The notes beneath the pieces are model-generated. The model worked only from the letters and a program-made list of their open reading frames with translations, searched no databases and had not been told where the DNA came from. A DNA stretch of 63,661 nucleotides, filler included, from Chiloscyllium plagiosum (Eukaryota): NCBI RefSeq assembly GCF_004010195.1. It is 3 parts of one record of this genome, joined end to end, with 100 filler letters (N's around TTAATTAATTAA, not from the genome) between each part and the next. Parts side by side here need not be neighbours in the genome. Positions count along the whole stretch, not along the records: positions 16,204 to 41,917 come from NC_057710.1; 2 more parts are not named here. One strand, written 5' to 3'. This document shows positions 24,727 through 36,989 of this stretch, in pieces. The stretch's first letter is position 1. The number at the start of each line of letters is the position of its first letter. A program made the translations under genes and the position numbers.

Positions 24727-25430
24727 TGTTGTGGGGAAAATCACCAGCCTCAGAGACAGAGTCAGGGTTCAATGACAGAGTTTATTGTACAAGGAAATAC
24801 CGGAGCTCCAGGGAGAGAGAGAGAGACACCAACAGCACAGTGCTCAGCTGCAAGTCCTCTCTCAACCCGGAGTACATGTCAAAATACTTTTATACATTTT
24901 GTAATATAATAGGTCAGTGATGAGGTAGCATAGTTGTAAACATTGCAGAATCGTTGACAATTTCATTGCAGTCATTGTCAGTTCCAGCACAGCCTTTGTT
25001 CATTTCAGCTCGGTAATTGTCAATTTCAACGTCTGCGCGGAAGTCCATTACTGTAGTAATGGGTGCTAGTTGCTCTTCCTGAGAAGGACAATTACTGCAG
25101 CCCTGGGTATTAGCATTCTGTACTGAGTCCGTATCAAATTGTTAGCATTTCTATCAAAGGTGTTGGCTGGACCAAGGCACTTCGGCGGACAGTGTACACT
25201 ACTCATGTGTATTCTCTCCCCCACCTGCCTTAAACTAATCAACCATGTTGTGAGTGCATTATGCCGGCATCCTTGTGGCCCCAGGCAGCATCTGTGTTTG
25301 CTCTGCTGTCTCTCTCCATAACGTGTTCCGGCGGCCATCTTGTGTGTCAAATGGCCCATTTATGGCTCAGTGGCCATCTTGTGTGTCCATGTGCCTAGTA
25401 TTACCCTACCCCATGCCATTTCTGAATTCA
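24727..25430 (-). mobile_element. ERV 5' LTR (U3 boundary uncertain, abuts CR1)
   Basis: Minus strand order is TATAAA (about 24888-24893), AATAAA (24781-24786), terminal ...CCCCACAACA at 24727, then PBS. Confidence 0.75.
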
Positions 25431-27185
25431 CTGGTAAGGTCCTAGGGAGTATTGCTGAACAAAGAGACCTTGGAATGCAGGTTCAAAGCTCCTTGAAAGT
25501 AGAGTCACAGGTAGATAGCTGGGGCCCTGACATAAATCTTTGTGGCATCCTTAAATATAGGTGAGGTGCCGGAGGACTGGAAGGTTGCTCATGTTGTCCC
25601 CCTGTACAAGAAGGGTAGTAGGGATATTCCGGGTAACTATAGACCAGTGAACCTGACGTTGGTGGTGGAAAAGTTGCTGGAGAGGGTACTGAGGGAGAGG
25701 ATCTATTTATATTTAGAAAAGAATGGGCTTATCTGTGATAGGAAACATGGTTTTGTGCGGGGGAGATCATGCCGTACCAATTTAATAGAGTTCTTTGAGG
25801 AAGTGACCAAGTTAATAGATGAAGGAAGGGCTGTTGGTGTCATATAGATGGACGTTAGTAAGGCTTTTGATAAGGTTCCCCATGGTAGACTAATGGAGAA
25901 AGTGAAGTCATATGGTGTGCAGGGTGTTCTAGCTAGGTGGATAAAGAACTGGTTGAGCAACAGGAGACAGAGAGTAGTAGTTGAAGGGAGTTTCTCGAAA
26001 TGGAGAAAAGTGACCAGTGGTGTTCCACAGGGGTCAGTGTTGGGGCCACTGTTGTTTGTGATATATATAAATGATCTGGAAGCGGGCACTGTTGGTATGA
26101 TCAGCAAGTTTGCAGATGACACAAAGATTGGTGGAGTAGCAGAAGGCATAAGGGACTGTCAAAAAATACAAGAGGATATAGGTAGACTGGAGAGTTGGGC
26201 AGAAAAGTGGCAGATGGATTTCAATCCAGACAAATCTGAGGTGATGCATTTAGGCAAGTCTAATTCTAGAGCGAATTATACAATGAATGGAAGAGCCTTA
26301 GGAAAAGTTGATGGGCAGAGAGATCTGGGAGTGCAGGTCCATTGTACCCTGAAGGTTGTTGCACAGGTGGATAGAGTGGTCAAAAAGGCATACTTGCCTT
26401 CATTGGACAGGTATTGAGTATAAGAGCTGGCAAGTCATGTTAAAATTATACAAGACATTGGTTCGGCCGCATTTAGAATACTGTGTACAGTTCTGGTCGC
26501 CACATTACCAAAAGGATGTGGACGCTTTGCAGAGATTGAAGAGAAGGTTTACAAAGATGTTGCCTGGTATGGAAGGTGCTAGCTATGAAGAGAGGTTGAG
26601 TAGGTTAGGTTTGTTTTCAGTAGAAAAAAGGAGATTGAGGGGGGACCTTATTGAGTTTTACAAAATCATCAAGGGTATAAACAGGGTGAATAGAGACAAG
26701 CTTTATCCCAGGGTGAAGGATTCAATAACGAGAGGTCACGGTTTCAAGGTGAGCGGTGGAAAGTTTAAGGGGGATACACACGGCAAGTACTTCAGACAGA
26801 GGGTGGTTTAGATTAGATTAGTTACTTACAGTGTGGAAACAGGCCCTTCGGCCCAACAAGTCCACACCGACCCACCGATGAGCAACCCACCCAGACCGAT
26901 TCCCCTACGCCTAACACTAGGGGCAATTTAGCATGGCCAATTCACCTAACCTGCACATCTTTTGGACTAGTGGTGGGCGTCTGGAATGCGTTGCCAGCAG
27001 AGGTGGTAGAGGCAGGCATGGTAGATTCATTTAAGATGCATCTGGACAGATGCATGAGTAGGTGGAGAGCAGAGGGATACAGATGCTTAGGAATTGGGCG
27101 ACAGGTTTAGTCAGTAGATTTGGATCGGCTCAGGCTTGAAGGGCCAAAGGGCCTGTTCCTGGGCTGTAAATTTTCTTTGTTCTTT
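25431..27185 (+). mobile_element. CR1 LINE ORF2 RT region to 3' end (plus small unrelated CR1 piece at 25431-25515)
   Basis: VPEDWKVAHVVPLYKKG, NYRPV, SGVPQGSVLGPLLF, FADDTK, RPHLEYCVQFWSP; 3' hairpin and tail. Confidence 0.95.
26808..26968 (-). mobile_element. HE1-type SINE 3' half inserted in CR1
   Basis: (TTAGA)n tail; CR1 sequence resumes at gtggtgggcgtctggaatgc. Confidence 0.88.
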
Positions 27186-28411
27186 GTATCCTCTTGGCTG
27201 CAAACTGCTTTCAATTCTGCAATCACTGCTTTTTCAATCAGTTGCTTATATGATACCTTCAATGAGTGCGAGACTACTTCCTTTCAAAACTTTAGCCACT
27301 CTTTCAAACGTTGATTTTTAAAATAGCTATTTCTAATTTCAGTCCCCAGATTCTTACAAGCATAAAATAACAATACACAGTCCTTACTCTCCATACAGAC
27401 GGACATGGATCATGCCAGCAAGGAAGGTCATGGAATGACTCATCTTGACTATGGATTGTATTCCGATGAATACAATCACCAATCACGTAACAAAGAGATA
27501 GGAGGATAGTGTATGTGTTACAGAAGAATGGATTTCTTCTCCTCACAGCCTCACATCACCAACAGTAGGCATCATTCATATAAGGGAATCTTAAATCTTA
27601 CAGTTCAGGTTGAGAGGGAATCTATTCAGTTCCCTTACATACCCTTGGAGATCTTGCATAAGCTGGGTGTGTTGTGGTCCTCCAGTGCCTGTGATTACTT
27701 TCATTTCACAGAGATGCCTATGTTCAATTTGCAAGGGTTAATGACATGGCTAGCATTGCTTATGACCAGCATTTGCACCCCACAAACTTGGACATTGCAT
27801 GCATTTCACATCCATATGGTATGACTGCAAATGATTTCAACATACACTCTACATGTCCCTTGAAGGGCTGCCCATTGCTCAGAAATGAAGGCTGTTTTTT
27901 TGGTCAGCAAACCAACATTGGCTCCGCTCACTCCATGTGTGGTCACAGCCATTTTCTATTCATTGATCATACTTAATAATCAACAGATCGTGGAAAGCAA
28001 CACAGGTCAAACTAGGCATCATAAGTACCAGGTTCGGTCTGGGCATTAGATATCCCCACACCCTAAATCACCTCCCCAGTCCTCCCTCCAACCCCCATCA
28101 GTACTTGTCTACTGACCACTTTCTGAACAGCCCATCTCTCCTGAACCCTCATATGTTCTAACACACAACATCAGACTTTGACTCCAACTCTCAGCTTCAC
28201 CACCTGATAATTTGGTTATTCTATGATCATGTTGCACAATCCCTCCCCATCAAAGTCACAATGGTGGTGACGTCCTATTCCTGCCTCTTCACCATATCTC
28301 AAGTCTTCCCATGCATCACTGACTCCTCCTTTGATATTGAGACAAGGCCATTTGGTTGAAGCACAATTAATGTGTTTGATGTGTAAGCTGCCAGCACGCA
28401 GTGTGAGATTG

Positions 28412-28581
28412 TGGGCGGCACGGCGGCACGGTGGCACGGGCCATGCTAAATTGCCCGTAGTGTTAGGTAAGGGGTAAATGTCGGGGTATGGGTGGGTTAC
28501 GCTTCGGCGGGTCGGTGTAGACTTGTTGGGCCGAAGGGCCTGTTTCCACACTGTAAGTAATCTAATCTAATCTAATCTAAT
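28412..28581 (+). mobile_element. internally deleted HE1-type SINE
   Basis: Head gggcggcacggtggcac joined directly to ggccatgctaaattgccc and a (TCTAA)n tail. Confidence 0.85.
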
Positions 28582-28939
28582 AACACTCGGTCACTCAGCA
28601 AAATATCCCCCTCTCTGAATGATGGCTCCTGATCAGCATGACAAGCTGCACGAAGCAGCAAGGCAACAGATAACTCCTGGATTCATTTAACTTGAAGCTG
28701 ATGGGGTAAAACATCAAAGGGTAAGGCAGGAACTCTGTGAGCATCCAGATAGGAGCACTAAGGCAGTCATCAAGCAGCACTGGAATACAGCCCAGTACTA
28801 TCTGTAAGCTGAGTGTCAATCCCTTACACAGCAAAATGTCCTTACACAGCATTTCAATGTTAGTTGTCAGTGTTCTCCAACATGCACCATTCAAGTGCAG
28901 AAGAGCACTGTAAGTAGATTGGAGATTTTTTTTATTAAT

Positions 28940-29915
28940 TGATGCTGATCACTACCTGGCCAGCATTTATTACCTGTTCCTAGTTGCCCTTGAAAAGGTG
29001 GCGGTGAGCTCCCTTTTTAAACTGCTGCAGGCAACCTGTTGTGGGTTGACCCACAATGCCACCAGGGAGGGAATTCCAAGATTTTAACCCAGCAACAATT
29101 AAGGAACAGTGATACATTTCCAAGTCAGGATGGACAATGGCTTGAAGGGGAATTTGCAGAGTGTGGTGTTCCCATATATCTGCTGCCCTTCTCCTTCTAG
29201 ATGGAAGTAGCCATGGGTTTGGAAGGTGCAGTCTGAGGATCTTTCGTGAATTTCTCCAGTGCATCTTGTAGATAGTACATGCGGCTGTTACTGAGTATCA
29301 GTGGAGGAGGGAATGGATATTTGTAGATGCAGTGCCAATCAAGCAGACTGCTTTGTCCTGGATGGTGTCAAGCTTCTTGAGAATTGTTGGAACTGCACCC
29401 ATCTAGGCATGTGGAGATATTCCATTGCACTCCTGACATGTGTCTTGTAGATAATGGACAGGCTTTGGGAGTTAGTAGATGAGCTACTTGTTTCAGTATT
29501 CCTAGCCTCTGACCTGCTTTTGTCGCTGCTGTGTTTATGTGGCTCAGTGATAACCCCCTTGATGTTGATAGTTGATAGTGGGGTATTTCAGTAATGGTAA
29601 CACTATTGAATGTCAAAGAGTGGTGGTTAGATTGTCTCTTATTGGTGATGGTCATAGCCTGGCATTTCTGTGGGGCAAATGTCACTTGCCACTTGTCAGC
29701 CCAAGCCTGGATATTTTCCAGAACATGTTGCATTTGAACATGAACTGCTTCAGTATCTGAGGAGTACTGACTGGCACTGAATATTGTGCAATCATCAGCA
29801 AACATCCCAATTTCTGACCTTCCGATGGAGGGAAGGTCATTGATGAAACAGTTGAAGGTGGTTGGGCCTGGGACACTACTCTGAGGAACTTCTGCAGAGA
29901 TCTACCTTCATGGAG
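28940..29915 (-). mobile_element. LINE family B RT C-terminal half plus 3' end
   Basis: VPQSSVPGPT; MFADDCTIF..LENIQAWADKWQVTFAPQKCQAMTI; SHINTAATKAGQRLGIL; AATAAA near the 3' end. Confidence 0.85.
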
Positions 29916-31099
29916 TGGAGAGGCTGGCACATGCCAGATGGCAGTTTCTATGAATGTGTGTGCATATGGCTGCTGCCCATGGAGTGTGCCCTGAGAAGCT
30001 CAGTGCCAGATGGAGGTCTGGAGGTATAAGCAGTGAGCTGGAACCACCCAATACCCACTCTGACTGTCATGTTGGGAATTTGTAGTATCTAGCTTCTATC
30101 TGCAAGGTGGAAAGACAGGAGCCTTATATTAATGAGGAGAGATTATGTAATAATTACAATGAAAATGAGTGATAATCCCTGTCAATAGTGTTGACAATCC
30201 CTCTCATCACTCACTCAACAGAATCTCATCTTGGCTTCTGAAATTTTGTCAGAAAGTGCAACTTATTACTCCTGCCACTGAGAAAGACATCACTTAACGT
30301 CTCATGACATTCTTCCACATTTCTCGACATAGCCAATATCATTCAGGGCCTGGGAAAGTTCTGTCCAGCGGCTCTATTTGCCACATCACAAGACCTTCCT
30401 TATACAGTAATATTCCATTAAACACCAGTCAACATGGATTTAGGAAGATAATCTTCCCAGACTGCTTTGAGTAAATAACAATTTAACGGGCAAACCCGTT
30501 AAAACTATAACCGGGTTTATCAATGGCCAGAACAAGCTAAGGAAGAAACGAAAAGACTAAGAACTCTTCGTGGACTCAACATTCACTGAGGGGAAACTTG
30601 ACTTTAGCAACATCGTAAATTGAATAATGTTAAGGTATTCAGTTATTGCACAATTCTTTGGTTTTCATTTCCATGTATTGCAATAGGAATTAAAATTGGT
30701 GAAATTAAGTAACGGGCAGCAAAGTTGACATTGCCCTTGAACACTCAAAGTTCCCCCATATGCACCTGAATAATGCAGAACTGTAATCACTGAAGCTGAA
30801 TCTGCACGGCAAATCGAAAAAGCAGAACATAACTTGGAGAAGTTGTGGTCGGTGTGAAGTGTTGTATACAACGATCAAACCAAACAACTTTATTCAGGTC
30901 TGGTCACTGATAAACAAAAGGAGACATTCATATCTTGGAGGTAATACAAGTAAGCACCACAAGGCAGATACCCAGTGTCAGATGACAGGTTTCTGCGGAA
31001 ACATGAACCATATAGCCGAGATAAATGAATATCTGAAAGATGATCTCTATCATAATTGAGGCAAAGGAAAGGTAAATCAAGATTAATATTTCACATTAC

Positions 31100-33370
31100 A
31101 TAGAATCACGGAGGTACATAGCCAGGAAAGAGACCCTTTGGTCCAACTCATTCATGCCACTCTGTCTTCAGCCTCTCCCTATAGCTCAACACCTCCAACC
31201 CTGGCAATATCTTTGTAAATATTGCCTGAACCCTTTCAAGTTTCACATCTTTCCCAAAGGAGGGATTGCATGCAATTCTCCTAAAGTGGCCTAATCAATG
31301 TCCTGTACAGCCGCAACATGACCTCCCAACTCCTATCTTCAATGCACTGAGCAATAAAGGAAAGCATAATAAATGCCTTCTTCATTATCCTATCTGTCTG
31401 TGACTCCACTTTCAAGGAACTATGAACCTGCACTCCAAGGTCTCTTTGTTCAGCAACACTCCCCAAGACCTTACCATTTAGTACATAAGTCCTTCCCTAA
31501 TTTGCCTTTCCAAAATGCAGCACCTCACATTTATCTAAACTAAACTCCATCTGCCACTGCGCAGTCCATTGGCCCATCTGGTCAAGATCCCGATGTACAG
31601 TGATGTAACCTTCTTCGTTGTCCACTACACTTTGAATTTGGTGTCATCTGCAAACTTACTAACTATACCTCCTATGTTCACTTCCAAATCATTTATGTAA
31701 ATGACAAAAAGCAGTGGACCTAGCACTGGACCTTGCAGCACATCGGTGGTCTCAAGCCTCCAGTCTGAAAGGCAGCCCTCTACCACCACTCTCTGTCTCC
31801 TACCTTCAAGCCAGTTCTGTCTCCATATGGCTAGTTCTCCCTGTATTCTATGTGATCTAACCTTGCTAATCGGTCAATCATGAGGAACCTTGTTGAATGC
31901 CTTACTGAAGTCCATATAGATCACATCCATCACTCTGCCCTCATGATCCTCTTTGTTACTTCTTCAAAAACTCAATCAAGTGATTGAGACATGATTTCCC
32001 ATGCACAAAGCCATGTTGATAATCTTTAATCAGTCCTTGCCTTTCCAAATACATGTAAATCCTGTCCCTCAGGATTCCCTCCAACAACTTGCCCATCAGC
32101 GTTGTCAGGCTCACCGGTCTATAATTCCCTGACTTGTCCTTACCATTTTTCTTAAATAGTGGCACCACGTTAGCCAACCTCCAGGCTTCCAGCAACTCAC
32201 CTGTGACTATCGATTATACAAATATCTCACCAAGGGGTCCAGCAATCACTTCCCTGCTTCCCACGGAGTTCTAGGTTACACACAATCATTTCCTGGGCAT
32301 TTATCCACCTTTAAGACATCCAGCACCTTCTTCTCTGTAATGTGGACATTTTTCAAGATGGCACTATTTATTTCCTCATGTTCTATATCTTCCATGTCCT
32401 TCTCCGCTCCAAATACTGATGCAAAATACTCATTGAATAGCTCCTCCATTTCCTGTGGTTCCACACATAGGCTGCCTTACTGATCTTTGAGGTGCCTATT
32501 CTCTCCTATGTTGCCCTTTTGTCCTTAATGTATCACTTCAATTTGATTGTACTATATCCTTCCCTCAATAGTCAGCAGGAAATTGAAAACCAAATTTATA
32601 AGGAGATCTCAGTTATCTGTGAGAATAATAGCATGGGTTACCGTAGGGGATTTTCATTTTCCAAACATCGACTGGGATTGCCCTCTTGTTAATGGTTTGG
32701 ATGGAAAGGAATTTATTAAGTGTGCACAGAAGGATGTCTGATTCAGTATGTGCATGTACCTACCAGAGAAAGTGCAAAACTTGACCTACTCTTGGGAAAT
32801 AAGGCAGGGCAGGTGACTTAGGTGTCAGTGGAGGAGCATTTTGGCCCAGTGACCATAATTCTATTAGTTTTAAAATAGTGATGGAAAAAAATAGACCAGA
32901 TCTAAAAGTTAAAACTCTAAATTGGAGGAAGGCCAATTTTAACCGTGTTAGGCAAGAACTTTCAAAAGTTAATGGGGGGTGGGGGGATGTTCGTAAGTAA
33001 AGAGATGGCTGGAAAATGGGAAGCCTTCAAAAGTGAAATAATGAGAGTCCAGAGACAGTATATTCCTGTTAGGGTGAAAGGGAAGGTTTTGATCAAGAAA
33101 AGGAAGGAAGCATATACCAGGTATAGACAACAGGGAACGAGTTAATCCCTAGAAGTGTATAAAGGCAGTAGGAGTATGCGAAAGAGGAAAATCAGGAGGG
33201 CAAAAAGGGGACATGAAATCGCTTTTGCAAATAGGGTTAAGAAGAATCCAAAGGGATTCGACAACTGTATTAAGAACAAAAGGATAATTAAGAAAAGAAT
33301 TGGGCCCCTTAAAGATCAGCAAGGCTCCCTACGTCTGGAACCACAGGAGATGGGTAAGATACTGAATGAG
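31100..33370 (-). mobile_element. CR1 LINE: RT and 3' part on minus (31100-32530), endonuclease part inverted on plus (32545-33370)
   Basis: WRLANVVPLFKK, NYRPVSL and FADD on minus; GDFHFPNIDW, LDLLLGN and SDHN on plus. Confidence 0.85.
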
Positions 33371-33484
33371 TCTGTTAATATATCTTCAAACGCCATATCC
33401 CACTAACTGCACCAACAACTTGACACATTGATAAATGTATCACAGTACCATCACTCCCCCATCAGCAAACACTAGCATTCAAGA

Positions 33485-33735
33485 AAAAAAGAACTGCAAA
33501 TGTTGTAAATCAGGAAACAGAAGACAGAGATAGTTGGAAAAGCTCATCAGGTTTGCCAGTACCTTTCGTTTTCAGTATTTAACCCACTGCCGCATCTCTT
33601 CCAGGCTTGCCCACCTTGATGAAGTTCTGCCATCAGTTCTGAGGAAGGATCACCAGACCCGAAACATTTACTTTGATTTCTCTCCACAGATGCTGCCAGA
33701 TCTGCTGAGCTCTCCCAGGCATTTCTGTTTTTGTT
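33485..33735. mobile_element. PLE family C inverted remnant
   Basis: ctgaggaaggatcaccagacccgaaac core at 33639-33665; arms are imperfect reverse complements. Confidence 0.7.
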
Positions 33736-33809
33736 TCTAGCATTCAAGATGCTGTCTAACATCGATATGCTTCTTGCAAGACTCTCCAGACGTCCTGCTC
33801 ATTAACTAG

Positions 33810-34820
33810 ATGCTGGGTAAGGTGACCGCCTGTGGAGTGAGGAAAGAGTGAAGTCACATTGACCATAGGTAGCCCAGCTGTTAAAGGAGGCAAGGAAGGC
33901 AAGTGAAAGGACAATGCAGAAAGGACATTCATTTGTTAGGAGAACTGACTGCCACTTTCTGCAGCCTTCAATCGGCTTGATGCCTGGATAAAGAATGTCA
34001 CCAAACAGCTTACAGGATATTCTTCTGGGGAAACAAGAACAGCCAGATGCTGAGGTCCGTGTTGGAATTAATGACCCAGGTAGGAAGTGGAATGTGGTCC
34101 TGCAATCCAAATGTAAGGAGTGATGTAGAATTTTGTCAAACAAGGATTCAAATGTGATAATCTCCAAATTACTCCCAGTGCCAAGTGCAAGTGAGTTCAG
34201 AAGCAGAAGGATAAGTTGGTTAAATATGTAGCTGGAGGGAGGCCTTTAGATTCCTGGAACACTGGGACTGGCTCTTTGAAAGATGAAGCCTACTAGATAG
34301 GCTGCAGCTGAGCAGAGTTGGGACAGGTTTCCTTGTGGGACATTTTGCCAGTGCTGCTGTGCGAGCTTTGACATAATTTGGCAGGAGTACGGTAACCAAA
34401 AAAGAACAGGATAGAGGAATATCCAGAGTGTACAAAATATTTGGAGAGATGGATACCCCTAGAATGGAGGAAAAAAAGATCGCTACGAGCCTGAACAGAA
34501 TAAATTGGGACAAAATTGTTCCCACTCCTAAGAGGATGATAAACAAGGTGACACAAGTTTGAAGTGCTTTGCAAAAGAAGCAAATGATAGGTGAGAAGCA
34601 GCATTTTCTCAGAGTGAATAGTTAAGGACTGGAATGCACTGTCTGGAAATGTAGTGGAGGCAGGCCCAGTTGAGGCTTTCAAGAAGATATTAGGTAATTA
34701 GTGAAATAGAAGCAATGTGCAGAGTTAGGCGTAGAGGCAGGAGATTGATTATAGGTCAAAATACTCAGCTGGTGCAGACACAAAGAGTTGAAGGCCTCTT
34801 TCTGCACCATAATAATTCTG
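33810..34820 (+). mobile_element. highly decayed CR1 (ORF1 esterase remnant and 3' end)
   Basis: ggacattcatttgttagg, gttggaattaatgac (GxND-like), ttctcagagt..ctggaatgcactg, gaaggcctctttctg tail. Confidence 0.55.
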
Positions 34821-35042
34821 TCAGCCTGTGATTCTGCGAAGTGCTTGATATTATTGCTACAGTCTTCACTGAGTATTGCAACTGGTATTGCTGAAGCCAT
34901 ACAGGAGTTGTGTTAGTTTAAATATTTAGCTATTTATTTATTGTAATGTATATCTGGAGAGATACAGTGAAAAGTGTTTTATTGCCACAATTCAGTGTCA
35001 TTTTGAGTTAGAAAAAGAATAACAAGGAATTACATAAATAGA

Positions 35043-35536
35043 TTCTGGATCAGTGGTGCTAGAAGAGCACAGCAATTCAGGCAGCATCCGAAGACAGGCA
35101 AAATCGACGTTTCGGGCAAAAGCCCTTCATCAGGAATAAAGGCAGAGAGCCTGAAGCGTGGAGAGATAAGCTAGAGGAGGGTGGGGGTNNNNNNNNNNNN
35201 NNNNNNNNNNNNNNNNNNNNNNNNNNNNNNNNNNNNNNNNNNNNNNNNNNNNNNNNNNNNNNNNNNNNNNNNNNNNNNNNNNNNNNNNNNNNNNNNNNNN
35301 NNNNNNNNNNNNNNNNNNNNNNNNNNNNNNNNNNNNNNNNNNNNNNNNNNNNNNNNNNNNNNNNNNNNNNNNNNNNNNNNNNNNNNNNNNNNNNNNNNNN
35401 NNNNNTCCTGATGAAGGGCTTTTGCCCGAAACGTCGATTTTGCCTGTCTTCGGATGCTGCCTGAATTGCTGTGCTCTTCCAGCACCACTGATCCAGAATC
35501 TGGTTTCCAGCATCTGCAGTCATTGTTTTTACCTCT
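35043..35536. mobile_element. young PLE family A insertion with inverted terminal repeats
   Basis: Arms nearly perfect reverse complements; 14-bp TSD ATTACATAAATAGA at 35029-35042 and 35537-35550. Confidence 0.92.
35406..35438 (+). ncRNA. minimal type I hammerhead ribozyme motif (PLE family A)
   Basis: CUGAUGA-A-GGGC(UUUU)GCCC-GAAAC-GUC; mirror copy on minus at about 35105-35134. Confidence 0.75.
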
Positions 35537-35974
35537 ATTACATAAATAGAGTTCATCCTATGTACGTGGGGTTTTCAAATACAGCTCCAGGGCTCTTGCA
35601 AGGTGTCCCAGGACTTTAGGAGTCCCTACTCCAGGGAAGATGACTACATCAAGAGTCCACGCTTCAGCTCTACCACAGTCAGGAGTCCTCGTTCCAGATA
35701 CCCCCAGAGGTCAAGACCCACTGAGCACCGCTTCAGCTTCCCCACCATGTCAGAAGGAAAAAAGAGAAAGAAAAAGATGAAAACTGAGAGAGAAAAGGAT
35801 GTGACTAGCCTGGAGCTGATGTGCTCAGGAGCCCAAACACTCCCTCCCACACCAGAGCCGCCATCTTTTTGTTTGGGATGACAATACAGTTCTGCCTTAT
35901 GCATCCTGACAGATTCCACTTTGCCCTCATCACACAATCTGCATGGAAGTTCACATAAACAAGAGAGTCTAGGG

Positions 35975-36210
35975 TTGCAGTGATAATATCATTGCACTAG
36001 TAATCCAGAGCTCCAGGTTAATGTTCTTGGTTCGAATCCCACATGGTAGGTTTGAACCCAATGGTGACCATTGTTGATTGTTGTAAAACAAAACCCATCT
36101 GGTATTCTTATATCCATTAGGAAAAGAAATCTGCTGTCCTTACCTGGTCTGATCTATGTGTGACTCTACACCCACAGCAATGTAATTGACCCTTAACTGC
36201 CCTCTGAGCA
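35975..36210 (+). mobile_element. tRNA-derived SINE (partner of LINE family B)
   Basis: B-box ggttcgaatccc; body similar to 37690-37925 and the reverse complement of 49925-50312. Confidence 0.7.
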
Positions 36211-36989
36211 ATTGAAAACCCAACTGTATTCACTTCAACTGGGGCTTGACAAAAGCCCTGCTGATTTTAACCAGATGTTGCAATTCTGTTCTTCTTTATT
36301 TGTTACTCTTCAGGTTAAAATCATATCTTCTTTCTTAGTAGTCCCTTAGTCTTACATCTTAAGAAGCTAAGAAAAATCCAGAGTATGAATATTATTTATT
36401 CCAAAAGCCTTTCATTCAAAACCTATGCATGACTTATCCATTAAGGATCTCTCTCTCACTTTTGGATGCTATCCTATTGTAAATAAGTCTTTATTATCCC
36501 ATCATCACACTTATTAACTATATCAGTCTAGCTCAAGTCTAGTAATGTCAACTACCTGGTTGTTCTAGGTAATTGTTCCACATGCCCTCTATACTGTGGG
36601 AGCGAAGTTTTTATTTTAATCCCTCCATTGTTTCTCATGAACTGTGTGCATTGTATACTTTGTAAATGTAGCCTTCAGTCTGAGATTGTCAATGTTCTGT
36701 TCTTGTGTCCTACGATAACCAGTTTTAAGCCAAGAATTTATTTTGTGTTAATTAAGTGTTAATTTATTAAGTGTTAATTCTGTTACTCTTGCAAAGTTTT
36801 ACTTTGAAATGCTTAGTAGGCTTATGATTTTAGTTTGTAGAGTCCAAGTTCATTGTGATTGATTTAACATATTATCCCAGGTAGGAAGCCAATGGGTTTG
36901 AGTAGAAAGTTGGCTTTTATATTACACCCAATATTGTCTTCAAAGGGGAACAACAGATCACAGTGTCGTGCAACTAAAATGATATATTG

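Larger units (their letters stand above)
34930..35870 (-). mobile_element. second copy of the Rex/L2-tailed non-coding retroposon, interrupted by a PLE
   Basis: tttattgtaatg..tacagtgaaaagtg and gagccgccatc are shared with 21020-21600. Confidence 0.45.

Noticed and set aside
24727..25430. Pairing this LTR with the LTR at 16780-17422 as ends of one element
   Set aside because: No visible sequence similarity between them; the 17-kb LTR instead matches the solo LTR at 56482-56715.
27340..30365. Possible ancient Harbinger-like DNA transposon remnants (also 15065-15700)
   Set aside because: Only faint terminal-like words (gcagaatcttac, aaagttctgtcc); no TIR pair, TSD or transposase motif could be established by eye.
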